Assembly: GCA_964016885.1 (NCBI GenBank)
Contig: OZ024743.1
Location: forward strand, 11,656,001 to 11,720,000
Direction of reading: 5' to 3'
Length of the DNA stretch: 64,000 nucleotides
DNA from: Eledone cirrhosa
Taxonomy: Eukaryota
Shown here: positions 12,424-24,904 of the stretch, in pieces
Position numbering within the stretch: the first letter of the stretch is position 1
How the letters are laid out: each line of letters opens with the position of its first letter
Made by a program: the position numbers and the translations under genes
The notes under the pieces: model-generated
Told to the model about the DNA's origin: nothing
The model's input: only the letters and a program-made list of their open reading frames with translations
Databases searched by the model: none

Positions 12424-12603
12424 AAAACCATAAAAAGGTTGGCAATGTCACCAGCTTGCTGACGCCAATGGCTGCTCCCTCATTTTGGGTGTAGATCTTC
12501 TATATATATATAGTGGTATTTTATATGTCACCCTATTGTATACTAAAGCCTTTTTCAAGTTAAGATCTTCTATGGCAATAGAACTATCTCTATTTTTCCT
12601 TAT

Positions 12604-13150
12604 GTCAGGTCGATCTCGAGTGCTACTGGTAACATGTAACCCAATACAACCTGTCTCATGGTCGGGTCGTCGGTGACTAAACCAGCAAACCCACCAAGCT
12701 AGCTTGGTGAGAAGGGTGATATTAGGACACCCTGCAGGATGAAATAAAAGACCTGGCAAAGGGCAGAAGAACTCAACAGAGTCAGCGGTCATCCAAATAG
12801 TACTTTTTGTTTTACCTGGGAAAGCCCCCAGTTGTTGTCTCAACAACTTTCTAGGAGAGGGAAACTCTGAAAAAAACCTGTGGCTCCAGAAGCATCCGAG
12901 GATGTTGACCAGTTCTCCTTTTCAAGTAGTGTTTTCGATGCTCAGAAAGTGGGATTGGTCGAGTGAAAGGCCTTTCCCCACTTAAAAAACCTTCAAAGCA
13001 CAGGCATTGCTTGTTCAGGATATGTTACAGGTTGTGTGTGGCTGCCTAAAATAGCACCAAACTTTATAATCTGACAAGCGATTGCAATACTTTTAGCAGA
13101 GTTTGCAGCCATCATAATGTAGACAACCCATGGAAAAAAAAGATCTTAAA
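12604..13150 (+). mobile_element. Interspersed repeat related to family C (probable RTE-derived non-autonomous element)
   Basis: Shares tacaacctgtctcatggtcgggtcgt..gactaaac, ggaca.cctgcagga, ttctaggaga.ggaaactctga with the 53.8-58.7 kb copies. Confidence 0.55.
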
Positions 13151-13170
13151 CAGTGATTATGATGATGATG

Positions 13171-13222
<52 letters not shown>

Positions 13223-13854
13223 TTGTTTCTACTTTTGGCACAAAACCAGCGATTACCCCAGTGTATTACTGGAACTTTATTTTATCGACCCCGTAAGGAT
13301 GAAAGGCAAAGTTAACCTCAGCGGGATTTATATATATATTTATATATATGTCTATATATTTTTTACCCCCTCTGCCAGTCTCTCTCTCAGCTGGCCTCTT
13401 CCTCACACTTTCACTCACTCACTCTCTGCTACTCCCCCTCTCTCACTTCCTCCCGTTGACCTGCGTGAAATCCTTTTCTCGCTCACATCTCACGCAGGTC
13501 GGATGGTCTTTACCTCTCGTCTATGATTTCACAGAACTTAAGTTCATAGATATCACGGACTTGTCTCTTCTCTTCCTCTCTTTCCGTTGCTTTACCATCT
13601 TTGTTTGTTTACATGTCTCGCTCGCTTCACCCTATTTTACGTGTCCTAATAACTCTCTTTAGTTATTGCTCGCACCAACCAGAGGTATATGATCTTTAAA
13701 GCGAAGAAATACCAATGAAGGTTGGAAGATCACTGATGAAGGACTAATTTTATTCATATGCAACCCATTTGCAACTACGCAGCACGCCATTTTTCATATA
13801 TATATATATATATATAGAATACACAAGAATCAAAGCTATGTTAGAATATTTAAT

Positions 13855-13902
13855 TGCTGACAATTGTTTCTTCCAAGCCTAGGATTGGAGTCTTCGGAGC
13901 AT
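13855..13902 (-). ncRNA. Degenerate hammerhead (core CCGAAGA)
   Basis: Reverse complement: tgct-CCGAAGA-ctccaa tcctaggc ttggaa-GAAA-caattg-TC-agca; one core substitution. Confidence 0.6.
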
Positions 13903-14044
13903 TATTAATAATGTTTGTACATATAATCAACCTCTTATTCTGCTGAAGAGTCATACAGATACATATTGTGGACAACAGTGTGGGATGGATGCGACATATA
14001 TTATGTTATACTATAATTGTACAATAAGATTCAAAATTACAATT

Positions 14045-14075
<31 letters not shown>

Positions 14076-14080
14076 CATAA

Positions 14081-14314
14081 TTTATTGATGTTCATACACA
14101 GAACAAAAGCACTACATAAGGTTTCAAGACCCAACATTGAGTATATAAGAGGGATCAAAATTGTGACATCATTTTCAAGGACTTTAAACTCCTTTGTTTA
14201 AGCATCTGAAGATTAGGTCACAATTTTGATCTCTCTTACAATCTAGAGATTTGGTCAATATTGGGTCTTGAAACCTTAGGTAGTGCTCTTGTTCTGTGTA
14301 TGAACATAAATAAA
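14081..14314. mobile_element. Fold-back cassette with hammerhead in right arm (family D)
   Basis: 14081-14167 is inverted relative to ~14217-14314; begins just after (TA)n. Confidence 0.7.
14201..14287 (+). ncRNA. Hammerhead ribozyme with long stem II
   Basis: agcat-CTGAAGA-[57 nt imperfect hairpin]-GAAA-ccttagg-TA-gtgct. Confidence 0.65.
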
Positions 14315-14926
14315 TAGTATATCAGCTTTCATCCTGATTCAGCACTGTTTCCCTTTTTCTTTTTTACACCTACATATATTTCCACACACATACACAGTGC
14401 ACTTGAGCACTGTACACAATCATTTTCATTATTATTGCCCTAGCAGTCAGGATGACCGTACCTTTTTCTGGGCTTTCTTCACAAGTGGCTCTCCAAAGTC
14501 TCCCAACTATTCGGGAATTTTTCCTTGTTTCATTTTTTTTTTGTTACATTCTTTGTTCTTGTTTTTTATATATATAATTTTTTTTTTTACACGCAGAAAT
14601 GCTCATTTGTACTGTCCTGTGCTGTCCTTAATGTTATACTTTATGTCAACCCTTGTGGTTAATAAAGAAAGAATTATTATTATCGAGGCTAACTTTGCCT
14701 TTCATCCTTACGGGGTCGATAGAATATAGTACCAGTCACGCACTGGGGTTGATTTAATCGACTTTCCCCTGCCCCCAAAATTGTTGGTCTTGTGCCTATA
14801 TAAGAAACAATTATTATTATTATTATCATAAGTCAACCAATCATATCATATTATTTGTTGTATTTTCATACACATACACACACACATATATATATATATA
14901 TAATTCTATTATATCGAAATAAATAT

Positions 14927-15316
14927 GGAGGCACATGGCTTAGTGGTTAGAGCATTAGCCTTGCAATCGAAAGGTTGTGAGTTCAATTATCAGACCGGGT
15001 GATGTGTTGTTTCCTTGAGCAAGACCCTTTATTTCACATTAGTCCAGCCAGCGACTTGAAATCTCTGGTACAAACACTACACTTGTGACAATTATTGACT
15101 CAGCTGTAGAAATGAGATTGATAGGGACTGGGGTCCATATCATTCCACTGCAAAGTGGTCGTGGAGGTGCCACGACAAAAAAGCACCCAGCACTCACTGT
15201 AAATGAGGTTGGTGTTAGGAAGGGCATCCAGCTGTAGAAATCAAGCCAGCATCAGTTCCCGTCCCACCCTTGTAAGTAGGGAAAAAGCGGACGTAAAGTG
15301 AAATGAAAATGAAATG
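14927..15316 (+). mobile_element. tRNA-derived SINE family A with RTE-type 3' tail. Other copies 33332-33667(+), 58755-59115(+), 59550-59910(-), 63167-63497(+), partial 20010-20150(-)
   Basis: A-box tggcttagtgg and B-box gagttcaatt; tail ttggtgttaggaagggcatccagctgtagaaa shared with the RTE 3' UTR. Confidence 0.85.
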
Positions 15317-15740
15317 ACAGGATGTACATATAATTACATAATAGCAAACTTGATATTTTTTTTCCAAAACAAATATGTTGAGAATATAGATAGACTGAAA
15401 TTACAAACACAAATGCCATAGCTGTGAAAAATCAACAGATACACAGATGTATCTCTATTACTTAATTACATGAATATTTCACATGAAAATCAAAATGAAA
15501 GGAAATATTAAGTCAACATTAAGAAATGTGGGTCAATCAGTCACGCATCACTTGGTGTGCCGTTGTCTCTGTCTAATACTTTTTGAGGAAAGTCAACACA
15601 CTGGGAGTATTACTGTGGGTGATAGTATGGCTAAGGTGCTGGGACATATATATATATATACTGTATATATATATATGTATGTGTGTATGTATGTATATAT
15701 ATATGTATGTATGCATGTATGAATGTATATATGTATATAT

Positions 15741-16058
15741 GTAACATGTATCACAGTACAACCTGTCTCATGGTCAGGTCGTTGGTTAAGAGAGTGGGAC
15801 TGGCTTTGTGCAGTGCCTTTGCTCACTATAAAAGCTTCACGGCACAGGCATTGCTTTATATCTGGAGATCTCTCTGCACTTGTCGTCACATGGTACCATG
15901 GGCCCAGCACTATGTGTCAATAATTGTCACAAGTGTAGTGTTTGTACCAGAGATTTCAAGTCGCTGGCTGGACTAAAAAGTCACACTCGTTCAGTGCATC
16001 AGTATGGGTTCTCCTACATGGATATAAAGTAGTGGAAAACGAGTTGGCAGCCACCATG
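15741..16058 (+). mobile_element. Interspersed repeat family C. Near-identical copies 53813-54303, 54650-55106, 58143-58693; related 61885-62530(-)
   Basis: Shared gagtgggactggctttgtgcagtgcctttgctcactataaaagcttc...gagttggcagccacc; each copy flanked by (TA)/(TATG)n. Confidence 0.8.
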
Positions 16059-16202
16059 TATATATGTATATATAGATATATGCTGTGCTGAATAGGACCC
16101 ATCCCACTCTTGCAAGCAGGGAAAAGTAGATGAAAAATGATGATGATGATGATATATATATATCATCATCATCATCTATATATATCATCATCAAAGTGCA
16201 GA

Positions 16203-16279
16203 CAGAGTGTTCCCCAAAAATGTATACACACTTCAACAGCATTCTAATCAAAGTGTGTATACATTTTTGGGATACCCTG
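16203..16279. mobile_element. Tiny Tc1/mariner-type MITE
   Basis: TIRs cagagtgttccccaaaaatgtatacacac / gtgtgtatacatttttgggataccctg, followed by TA. Confidence 0.65.
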
Positions 16280-16774
16280 TATATATATATTGTTTTGTCT
16301 TTTTCATATTATTGGTGGTACATCCACTTCAATTGCATATGTACATATTGCAAATTCCTTGCAACAGAAACCAAAAGTGTGTCATGTGATCATGGGTTTT
16401 TGAGCAAATGGCCTTGCAGTGGAAGAACTGGAGATCTATGTATACGGGAATTTCCTGCATTTGTTTTCTCATCACACATTTTACCTAAAATTCCAGTATT
16501 TTATGAAGCCTTCCACATTTGCGATATTTTAATATATTGCCCCACAATGTTTTATTCGGAACATCTTTCGGCGGTAAAACAGGTTTGCGATTGTTGGTTT
16601 AAACAAAACTCTTTTTTATAACCAACCCGAAAATCATTAAAAATATAACGAGGATTAATATAATAGGTAATTTCCGGCACTATCATATAGGAACGCCCTC
16701 CTTTGATATAATGTTAAAATCATTTAATGTGAAATATATACATACACACACACACCCTCTCTCTCACACACACA

Positions 16775-16829
<55 letters not shown>

Positions 16830-17235
16830 AATTCTGTAAATCAAATTGTGGACAAAATGAAACGTTACAAACGGAAAAAACAATGTCCGATCTTCACCCA
16901 TCAAGGATATCACAGATGTCAAATGAGATGTCAGTTTTCGGTATTTTAATTGCATAAATAATAATTATTTCTACTTTAGGCACAAGGCCAGCAATTTGAA
17001 GGGGGGAGGGGTCGATTAAATTGACCCCAGTGCATTACTGGTTCTTTATTTTATCAACCCCGTAAGGATGAAAGACAACACTAACCTCGGTGGGATTTGA
17101 AATCAGAATGTAAAGGGCCGTAATTATATGCCGCGAAGCATTTGGCCCAACGCTCTATCGATTCTGCCAGTTCACTGAATGGTTACGGCTCGTACGACTT
17201 TGTGTTATTTTCTATAATAGCGATTATTGAAATAA

Positions 17236-17606
17236 TACACAGAGTATATACACAAACTAAGGTGTGTGACAGAGTATATACACAAAGGTGTGTAACAGAG
17301 TATATACACAAACTAAGGTGTGATAGTATATACACAAACTAAGGTGTGTAACAGTGTATATACACAAACTAAAGTGTGTAACAGAGTATATACACATACT
17401 AAGGTGTGTGACAGAGTATATACACAAACTAAGGTGTGTAACAGAGTATATACACAAACTAAGGTGTGTGACAGAGTATATACACAAACTAAGGTGTGTA
17501 ACAGTGTATATACACAAACTAAGGTGTCTAACAGAGTATATACACAAACTAAGGTGTGTGACAGAGTATATACACAAACTAAGGTGTGTAACAGTATATA
17601 CACAAA
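17236..17606. repeat. 30-bp minisatellite (tatacacaaactaaggtgtgtaacagagta), ~12 copies
   Basis: Head-to-tail repeats without spacers. Confidence 0.95.
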
Positions 17607-17911
17607 CATTTATTTTATTGTTTGAATTATTACACCATTATCAGAATTTATACTATTAATTTAATATTTCTTCATATACAATGATTTAACCATGACTAAA
17701 TACTGGTAGTAAATAAATCCCTATGAAATGTTTCACCCTGGGCTTCGTTGATTGTCATTGATTTAGCGAATCTAAATGGAAACGGAGTTCTTTGTAAAAG
17801 TTTCAGCCAAGCAGACGACAGCTATTGCATTAAAGCGTGTGAGTTAAATGACGGTTAAAAAATATTTTTTGTTTAATGAAAACAAAACGACTAGTCTTTA
17901 TCTTCACTCCT

Positions 17912-18036
17912 TACCACCACCACCACCGCCACCATCACCCCACCTCTGCTATCACCACCACCACCACCACCACTGTCATCACCACTGCCACCATCACCAC
18001 TGCCACCGCCATCACCACCACCATATACGTCACCAC
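17912..18036. repeat. (CAC)n-rich degenerate trinucleotide repeat
   Basis: Direct reading. Confidence 0.85.
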
Positions 18037-18668
18037 TTTCAGATTTCAGTGTGTGTGTGTGATTGTGCCCCCCCCCCCCCCACTTAGTCTTTTTGCCTCT
18101 TCCTCTCTAGCTGCCTTCCACCACACACCTTTACCCCCCCCCCCCACTTCTAATGACTGTATTCTCTCTCTCTCTCTCTGTCTTCTGCTTCTATTAACAT
18201 TTTTCTCTGTCTCACTTCCCCTCCCATTAAAACACTTCTCTCTCTTTTACCCTTCCTCCATCCACGTAACATATGTACAAACAATATTATAAATAATTGT
18301 TTCTACTTTTGGCACAAGGCCAGCAATTTCCCAGTGTATTACTGGTACTTTATTTTATCGACCCCGTAAGGATGAAAGGCAAAGTTAACCTCGGCGGGAT
18401 TTGAACTCAGAATGGCAAGGGCCGTACTCTATGCGTCAAAGCATGGCGTCCGATAATATTGGTTTTCCCATATATTTCTGTCATATGTGAAGGAATTTTT
18501 ATTATTTTTTTTTTTTTTTTGGTAGTTGTACTAGATGATTGTATTTTAAGTGGGGTGTTTTGGGCTGTATTTTGTTGTTGAGTAAGGTTTTGTAAAGAAA
18601 TATATATATATATTGTACCAAGCCTCTTATATTATGTGGATCACCATTGAAGGATCTCTGGTATATAG

Positions 18669-18729
18669 ATTTTTTTCTGATGATAGGATTAAATATTCTT
18701 AATATTTAATCCTATCATCAGAAAAAAAT
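18669..18729. repeat. Perfect 29-bp-arm hairpin with 3-nt loop
   Basis: atttttttctgatgataggattaaatatt-ctt-aatatttaatcctatcatcagaaaaaaat. Confidence 0.95.
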
Positions 18730-18920
18730 TACAGAGTATATGGTACTAATTTATCTGGTAGCTACAACATGGCAGAAACCAAATATTGAACGCAATTAAA
18801 GCCTAAAGTTTGTGTTCTTAGTACCGGTATAGTTGGTGGGTTCTAATTTTAATTATATTCAATTGGCTAATTGTATTTTGTGCACTGTGTTTTTGGCTAT
18901 TTTAGGGTTGTTGTATTTAA

Positions 18921-19141
18921 CCCTTTAGCATTTAAATCGGCCGTATCCGGCCAGAACTCTCTCACCTCTTACTGTTCAAACCAGCTGTAACTGGCCGCTC
19001 GTACCTACTTTAAAGTATTGTTCTCAAAATAAATAACATCAAAATCTCGTAGATTCAATATTATGTGAGATAATTATGTAAGATAAAGTTTTTACTGTGA
19101 AAATACAATAATAAATATAGAATAATGTAAATGCTAAAGGG
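18921..19141. mobile_element. piggyBac-type MITE
   Basis: TTAA target duplication on both sides; 14-bp TIR CCCTTTAGCATTTA / TAAATGCTAAAGGG. Confidence 0.9.
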
Positions 19142-21527
19142 TTAATTGCTATATAAGAAGTTTGACATTACTTTTCTCGAGCTTTTGTCCACTGTCAAGT
19201 TATGAATATGATCTAAGAGTTTCTTAAAAATGATCATCTGGAACAACTAAATTTCATATCAAATGTTCAAACACCTCATTCACAATTACTAGGAGGGTTG
19301 TTTAAGTCTGTTGAAATCTATGAGTATGACAGCTATTTCTTCCTGTTAGCATGGATGGGATGTTTAATGTTGGCTTTACCGTTAGATGCTTTTCCTGTTG
19401 CTAAACACTCAATTAAATAATGGAAATGGACATTTTTAATCAAGTAAGCAGAGTTATATATTTTTTACCAAGAGCACAACATAATGGTTGTTGTAAGGCT
19501 AGAACCTATAGCCATGTGATGATCAAGTTACCAGTAAGTAAACTCCACAGCTATCATACCTCAAGTATGTATGCATTAACAGAGTTATTGTATAGTGGCA
19601 AGAGTTACAAAACTATACAACTATAGAAGTGTGTATATGTGAGAATGTTTCAAACTTACAACATATGTCTAAATCTGTAATTGCAAATAAATGATTGAAA
19701 CATGATAATCTGACAAATACTGGCAACCTGTTTTTCCCACCTGAATGGCAGTATTTAATTTCTTCGAGTTATTTTACCAAGGTAGATTTTCTTATCAATT
19801 GAATAAGAATAACTGAAAAGAAAAATATATTAATTATAAAGCACAATCTCTTAATAAAAACATCAAACTTAACCTGAAAGCTTGAATCTGACTAAAAACA
19901 CTAAAGTAGCTGAAAGAATACTAGATAAGCTAGGATACCATGTGGTTTAGTGTCGAGTGTCCTGGACTACTAACTAGTGTTTGCTTTTTTTCTGTTGTAA
20001 ACGCTCTATCATCATCATTGTTTAACGTCCATTTTTCATGCTAGCATGGGTAGGACGTTCTGTCTCTTTGTAAGAGATCAGGTCGGAGGACCATGCTTCA
20101 CTCACATAGAACTGATTTGGGCTTGGTTTCTACAGCTGGATGGCCTTCTTGTTAAAATGGTTCTGCTTTCTTTGGTGTAGAAACATCAGTAGATTTTTGT
20201 AAAAGTTCTTATATTCTTAAACTGCTTTTGTGAAGATATACAAAAGTAATTCAAAAGTTTGAAAAAAAGTAAGAAGCTTGCTGAACAGAAACATGGATTC
20301 ATCTTCTACTAGACTCACAGTTACTGTTCAATTTAAGGTTACCACTACTAAAAGAAAATATGATGTAAATTGAAAGATGATGGCTTTCTGAAATAGCCAT
20401 ACATCATATTATTTTGTATAACGTTTTAAAGAACAGAACTCTCTCTTATAATTAAAAAATGACATTCAAATATTTTATTTCATTGAAAGGAGGTAACTAT
20501 AAGAGTAGTCCCCCATGTAATGTTACCAGTCGTGACAATGTAATGTTTTAGCAGTAAATATCTTTAAACGGGTTTCTTAATCCAATTTTTTGTATTATCT
20601 TTACTAGTGGACAGATGTTAAAATTTTAAATTTCAATGTGATGCAGTTATTTTTCTGTTTTGTACTTTAGAAGAATGCATTGCTAATGTGGTTTCATGCG
20701 GTACAGGATGTTAAAAGTTAAAGAATTTGGAGGGATTTACTAAAATTATTTATTTCATTATTGAGATAGCATTCGTAACATAACTTAACAAACATTTTTT
20801 TTTATAAAATCATCTTGGAATATTCTAAATCAAATATAAATTCTTTGAAATAAATGGGTTTTGTTTCAGAGAACCGGAACTGATTTTAATGAAATTGGTA
20901 CCAAAATCGGTTAAAGCTATTTTGCCGGTCCCGTAAAATAGACAAACATGCTTTTAAAGCTTATTTTAGTAGTAAATATAAATAGTGTTAGGTTACGGTT
21001 TAAATTATCTTAATAATTGGTGGTGAAAATAAATAAACTTCTGTGTTAAATCTGAGTGTTATTATTTTTAACATTACCTGCCTTAATAATAAATGTTTCT
21101 ACTTTTGGCACAAGGTCAGCAATTACTCCAGTACATTACTGGTACTTTATTTTATCGACCCCGTCAGGATGAAAGGCAAAGTTAACCTCGGCGGGATTTG
21201 AACTCAGAATGGCAAGGGCAATGATTTCTGATTTAGGCACAAGGCCAGCAATTTGAGAGGGAGGGGTAAATCGACCCCAGTGCATTACTGGTGCTTTATT
21301 TTATCGAACCCGTAAAGATGAAAGGCAAAGCTAACCTCAGCGAGATTTGAACTCACACCGTAAAGGGCTGCAATTCTATGCCGCAAAGCATAGTGTCCGA
21401 CACTCTTAGCAGCAAAATAGCCTAGGAGGGGGAGAGCTATTTTACCGGGACAATAAAATATCGATAGTCTCACAATGTCATTGAATTTTTATTCTTTTTA
21501 CTGCATTCCAATCATCTCTCCGTAGTA

Positions 21528-21731
21528 CAGTGTGTTCGCTTTTTACGCGAAGATGCATTCGTGAACGAGACGCGTAAAGCAAATTCGTGTAATTCAAGTC
21601 TAATATTTCTGATAAATAAAAAAATAAAAAACCACACGCGTTATTCGCGCAAAGTGAATATTTAATATTTTTTCAAGACACGTTAAAGCGAATTTGCGTA
21701 CTTCAAGTTCGCATAAAAAGCAAACAAACTG
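21528..21731. mobile_element. Tc1/mariner-pogo-type MITE
   Basis: TA target duplication; TIR cagtgtgttcgctttttacgcgaa / ttcgcataaaaagcaaacaaactg. Confidence 0.8.
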
Positions 21732-22123
21732 TACTCAGGACAGCGTTTATACAAAAACGATGTACATTTATTTTGCTTTCTTTTTAACCGACACTGAATA
21801 TGTACTTATCACCATATATGAAGAGATTATAAACTGAATTTTTTATTAATAAATTTGTATTTTAATGACTCCATGTTTTGTAAATATAAAAAATACAAGC
21901 ACATTTAAACTACAGTACAGGTGATAGTCTTAATAAACAAACTGGCTAACAACAGACAAACAGTCAAGAGAATTACTTTACCGATTGTATTAAAGATAGA
22001 TTCTTTCTGTGTAAAGGAACAATTTCATTTCTTGGTTTCTTAAATGGAACAATCAATGATTCCGAAGCCTTTCTTTTAAGATCCATATTGAAGGAATAAT
22101 AACAACCAGCACTACACCGCTAT

Positions 22124-22273
22124 TAGCTGTCAGTCGAAAGCAGCCGATGAAAGCAAAACATCGTTTATTTCCGTATTACTACCACGCGTAAGTGGAGTTA
22201 CTTGGTGGTAGTAATACGGAAATAAACGATGACGAGTGACGTCACCTTCGGCTGCTTTCACGACTGACAGCTA
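22124..22273. repeat. 150-bp GC-richer palindromic element (MITE-like)
   Basis: tagctgtcagtcg..aaagcagccga / tcggctgcttt..cgactgacagcta, plus perfect inner arms catcgtttatttccgtattactaccac / gtggtagtaatacggaaataaacgatg. Confidence 0.8.
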
Positions 22274-22507
22274 TATATCACGTGAACACAATTACATTAT
22301 TCTTTCAAAAGGAAAAGTTTGGCGCCATTTTTCTCCCGGGAACAGATCAAATGTCAACAAACGTAGAAGAAAAGAAACAGTAAAAGCAAAAGATAAGAAA
22401 ATGTAAGTAATATCAAATAATTATTAAAAACGTTATAGGAGTCGCATTACACGAATAATTAAGTTTCATACATGTTCAATATATGTGTGTATGTATGTAT
22501 ATATATG

Positions 22508-22590
22508 TATTTTATGTGATGAAAGCGGTGGCCCTTAAAATAGGAATAAAATAAATATGGTTTTATAAATATAGTTTCCATTTATTAATA
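22508..22590 (+). mobile_element. Decayed solo copy of the family B hammerhead repeat
   Basis: tattttat-GTGATGA-aagcggtggccctt-AAAA..aataaaata, followed by the family B tail atggttttataaatatagtttccattt; in (TA)n. Confidence 0.6.
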
Positions 22591-22809
22591 TATTGTATAT
22601 ATATATATATGTATGTATGTATATATATATGTATGTAAAAAAAAATTATCAGCAATTAAATGAGATTTTATTGTTTTATATTTTGTATCTCGGCTCTGTA
22701 ATACATTTGGTAACTGGCTAGTACTTAGTACTACCATCCATATTTATAATCATATATAAGTATAAATATTATTATTATTACTATGTATGTATATATATAT
22801 ATATATGTA

Positions 22810-23700
22810 GGAGGTGAGTTTTATTGTATTAACTATAACATCTCTTGGAAGAAGGTTTGTTCTGCTTCTACATACTTGAATAGTTCTCCATCCAAGACAT
22901 GCTATCTCTATTTATGTGAAAAATTTATCATTATATCTAATTTAGATTCTAGAATAAATAGACGCACTGACTTGTTTTCTCTCTGCTTGCATAAATTCCA
23001 CAGAACATTTCATAAAGTATACAGCTAATATCTAATACTTATACATATTACACTTATTCATCCACTCTTCTACTTCTTTCACAATATATCCTTAATTACA
23101 TTACTATTGCTATATTTTTATATTTTTTAATAACACATATCAACAATTTTTTCCATCGCACATATTATTAAACCCTTAAATATTATTCTTAATACATATT
23201 AACAATTTCTTTTCATCGCACATATTATTAAACCCTTAAATATACAACTTAATTTAACATTATTCTAAAAATTTTCTCTTCGTTAATTATCAAATTCTTT
23301 TAATTTATATATTATCTTCCAACGGTTTTTCAACCTCTCTATGTAAAACAATATATTTTTCTCAGTTATAAAAGCTATCTCTCTTTCTCTATCACCCATC
23401 TCTCCTCCTATCTCATCCTTCCTCATTATACTCCTCCCCCTCCACTTTTTACTCTCATCTCCTCCTCTTTTTCATCCTTTCCACCCCCACCCCCCTCAAT
23501 TTTTTTTCCAATATCACATCAATCTAAAACTACTTTTCATATGTTGATTTGAAACTGCACTATTCACAAGTGTGTTTTAACCTTCATATCATGTCTCCCT
23601 ATTTTATCTGACGAAAACGCAAATGTTATTGCATGATGATATTTGTTTTTGAAATGCGCATAATAAAATACATGGAACTCTTTTAACCATCTTTTGATCT
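22810..23700 (+). mobile_element. 5'-truncated Penelope-like element: GIY-YIG C-terminus, 3' UTR and hammerhead
   Basis: INYNISWKKVCSASTY..KTCYLYLCEKFIII..INRRTDLFSLCLH fits the PLE endonuclease C-terminal pattern (W..C.LC..EK..N.R.E...C.H); both ends in (TA)n. Confidence 0.7.
23600..23670 (+). ncRNA. Hammerhead ribozyme (family A)
   Basis: tattttat-CTGACGA-stem II-GAAA-tgcgca-TA-ataaaata; perfect 8-bp stem I. Confidence 0.85.
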
Positions 23701-23735
<35 letters not shown>

Positions 23736-24904
23736 GTGTGTGTATATATAATAATAAAGAAGATTATTTTTTTATACTTATTTCAAAGACATATGTCATT
23801 TGTATAATATCTGCCCTGCGTGTTTTCTTCCGACAAAAATCCATGCAAGATGTAAATATCCGTTGATATGAGATATTCCTTGATATCCGTTGATATGAGA
23901 ACACGTAGGGCAGATGTTATACAAATGAAATACGCATAATAAAATAAATAGGGATGGGAAAATGATACCGTCTTTCTTGTTTATTATTATAACCCGCCAA
24001 GGTTAACTTTGCCTTTCATCATTATGGGGTCGATAAAATAAAGTAATAGTAATACACTGGGTAATTGCTGGCCTTGTGCCAAAGTAGAAACAATTATTAT
24101 AATAAAACTCCGGATAAACATAAACTGTTGAGTGTTTGTCATCTCTTATGATGACAAACATATTTTCAATCAACCAACTTTCCTTAGTTGAATAAATATA
24201 TGTATATATATATATATATACGTATATTTTCTTTAATATTGCAACATTAAAGGAATATATCCTTCTGAAAGAATCGTGAGCAATTTATAATGTTATTTAA
24301 GCATTGGTAATGTTATTTATGTATATATTTAAAACATATTTGCTGTTATTCTACTGTAAATTTATTTATATGCTTTGCATATATTATATATACACAAATA
24401 ATGAATCTGTATATCAAAACATCGTTTGTATTATTCAATCAGTTTATTGAACAACTAGAATGCTCATTGTCAAGTACTTTATACATATATATGTGTGTGT
24501 GTATGTATGTATGAATCTATATATATGTATATATATATGTATGAATATATATATGTATGTATGTATGTATATATATGTGTGTATGTATATATATGTGTGT
24601 ATGCATATATGTGTGTGTGTATGTATATATGTGTGTGTATGCATATATGTGTGTGTGTATGTATATATATATATATATATGAAGATAAATTAACGGAGCC
24701 ATAGAGTCGCGTTATTCCCTGTAAATTATGTGCTCAAAGGGAAAGGAATCCTATACATATTGTATATGTATATATATATATATGCATGTATATATATATA
24801 TATATATGCATGTATATATATGTATATGTGTATATATATGCATGTATATGTGTATTTGTATATATGTACATATATGAATGTATGTGTATATATATAGATG
24901 TAAT

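Noticed and set aside
13733-13980. Plus-strand CTGATGA (13733) and CTGAAGA (13944) as additional hammerheads
   Set aside because: No correctly placed GAAA, stem III or stem I partner could be found.
14927-15000. Possible tRNA gene (also 33332, 63167)
   Set aside because: A/B boxes are present but run into a repeated SINE body and tail; these are SINE heads.
17236-17606. CRISPR-like 30-bp periodic array (also the 38-bp array at 56056-56287)
   Set aside because: Repeats are head-to-tail with no unique spacers, no cas genes, and a eukaryotic context.
17848-18292. His/Pro- or Thr-rich proteins
   Set aside because: Translations of (CAC)n and poly-C simple repeats with no splice or domain support.
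19200-21050. Hidden host exons in the least repetitive stretch
   Set aside because: No ORF with recognisable motifs or convincing splice-bounded frame seen; short exons cannot be excluded without RNA data.
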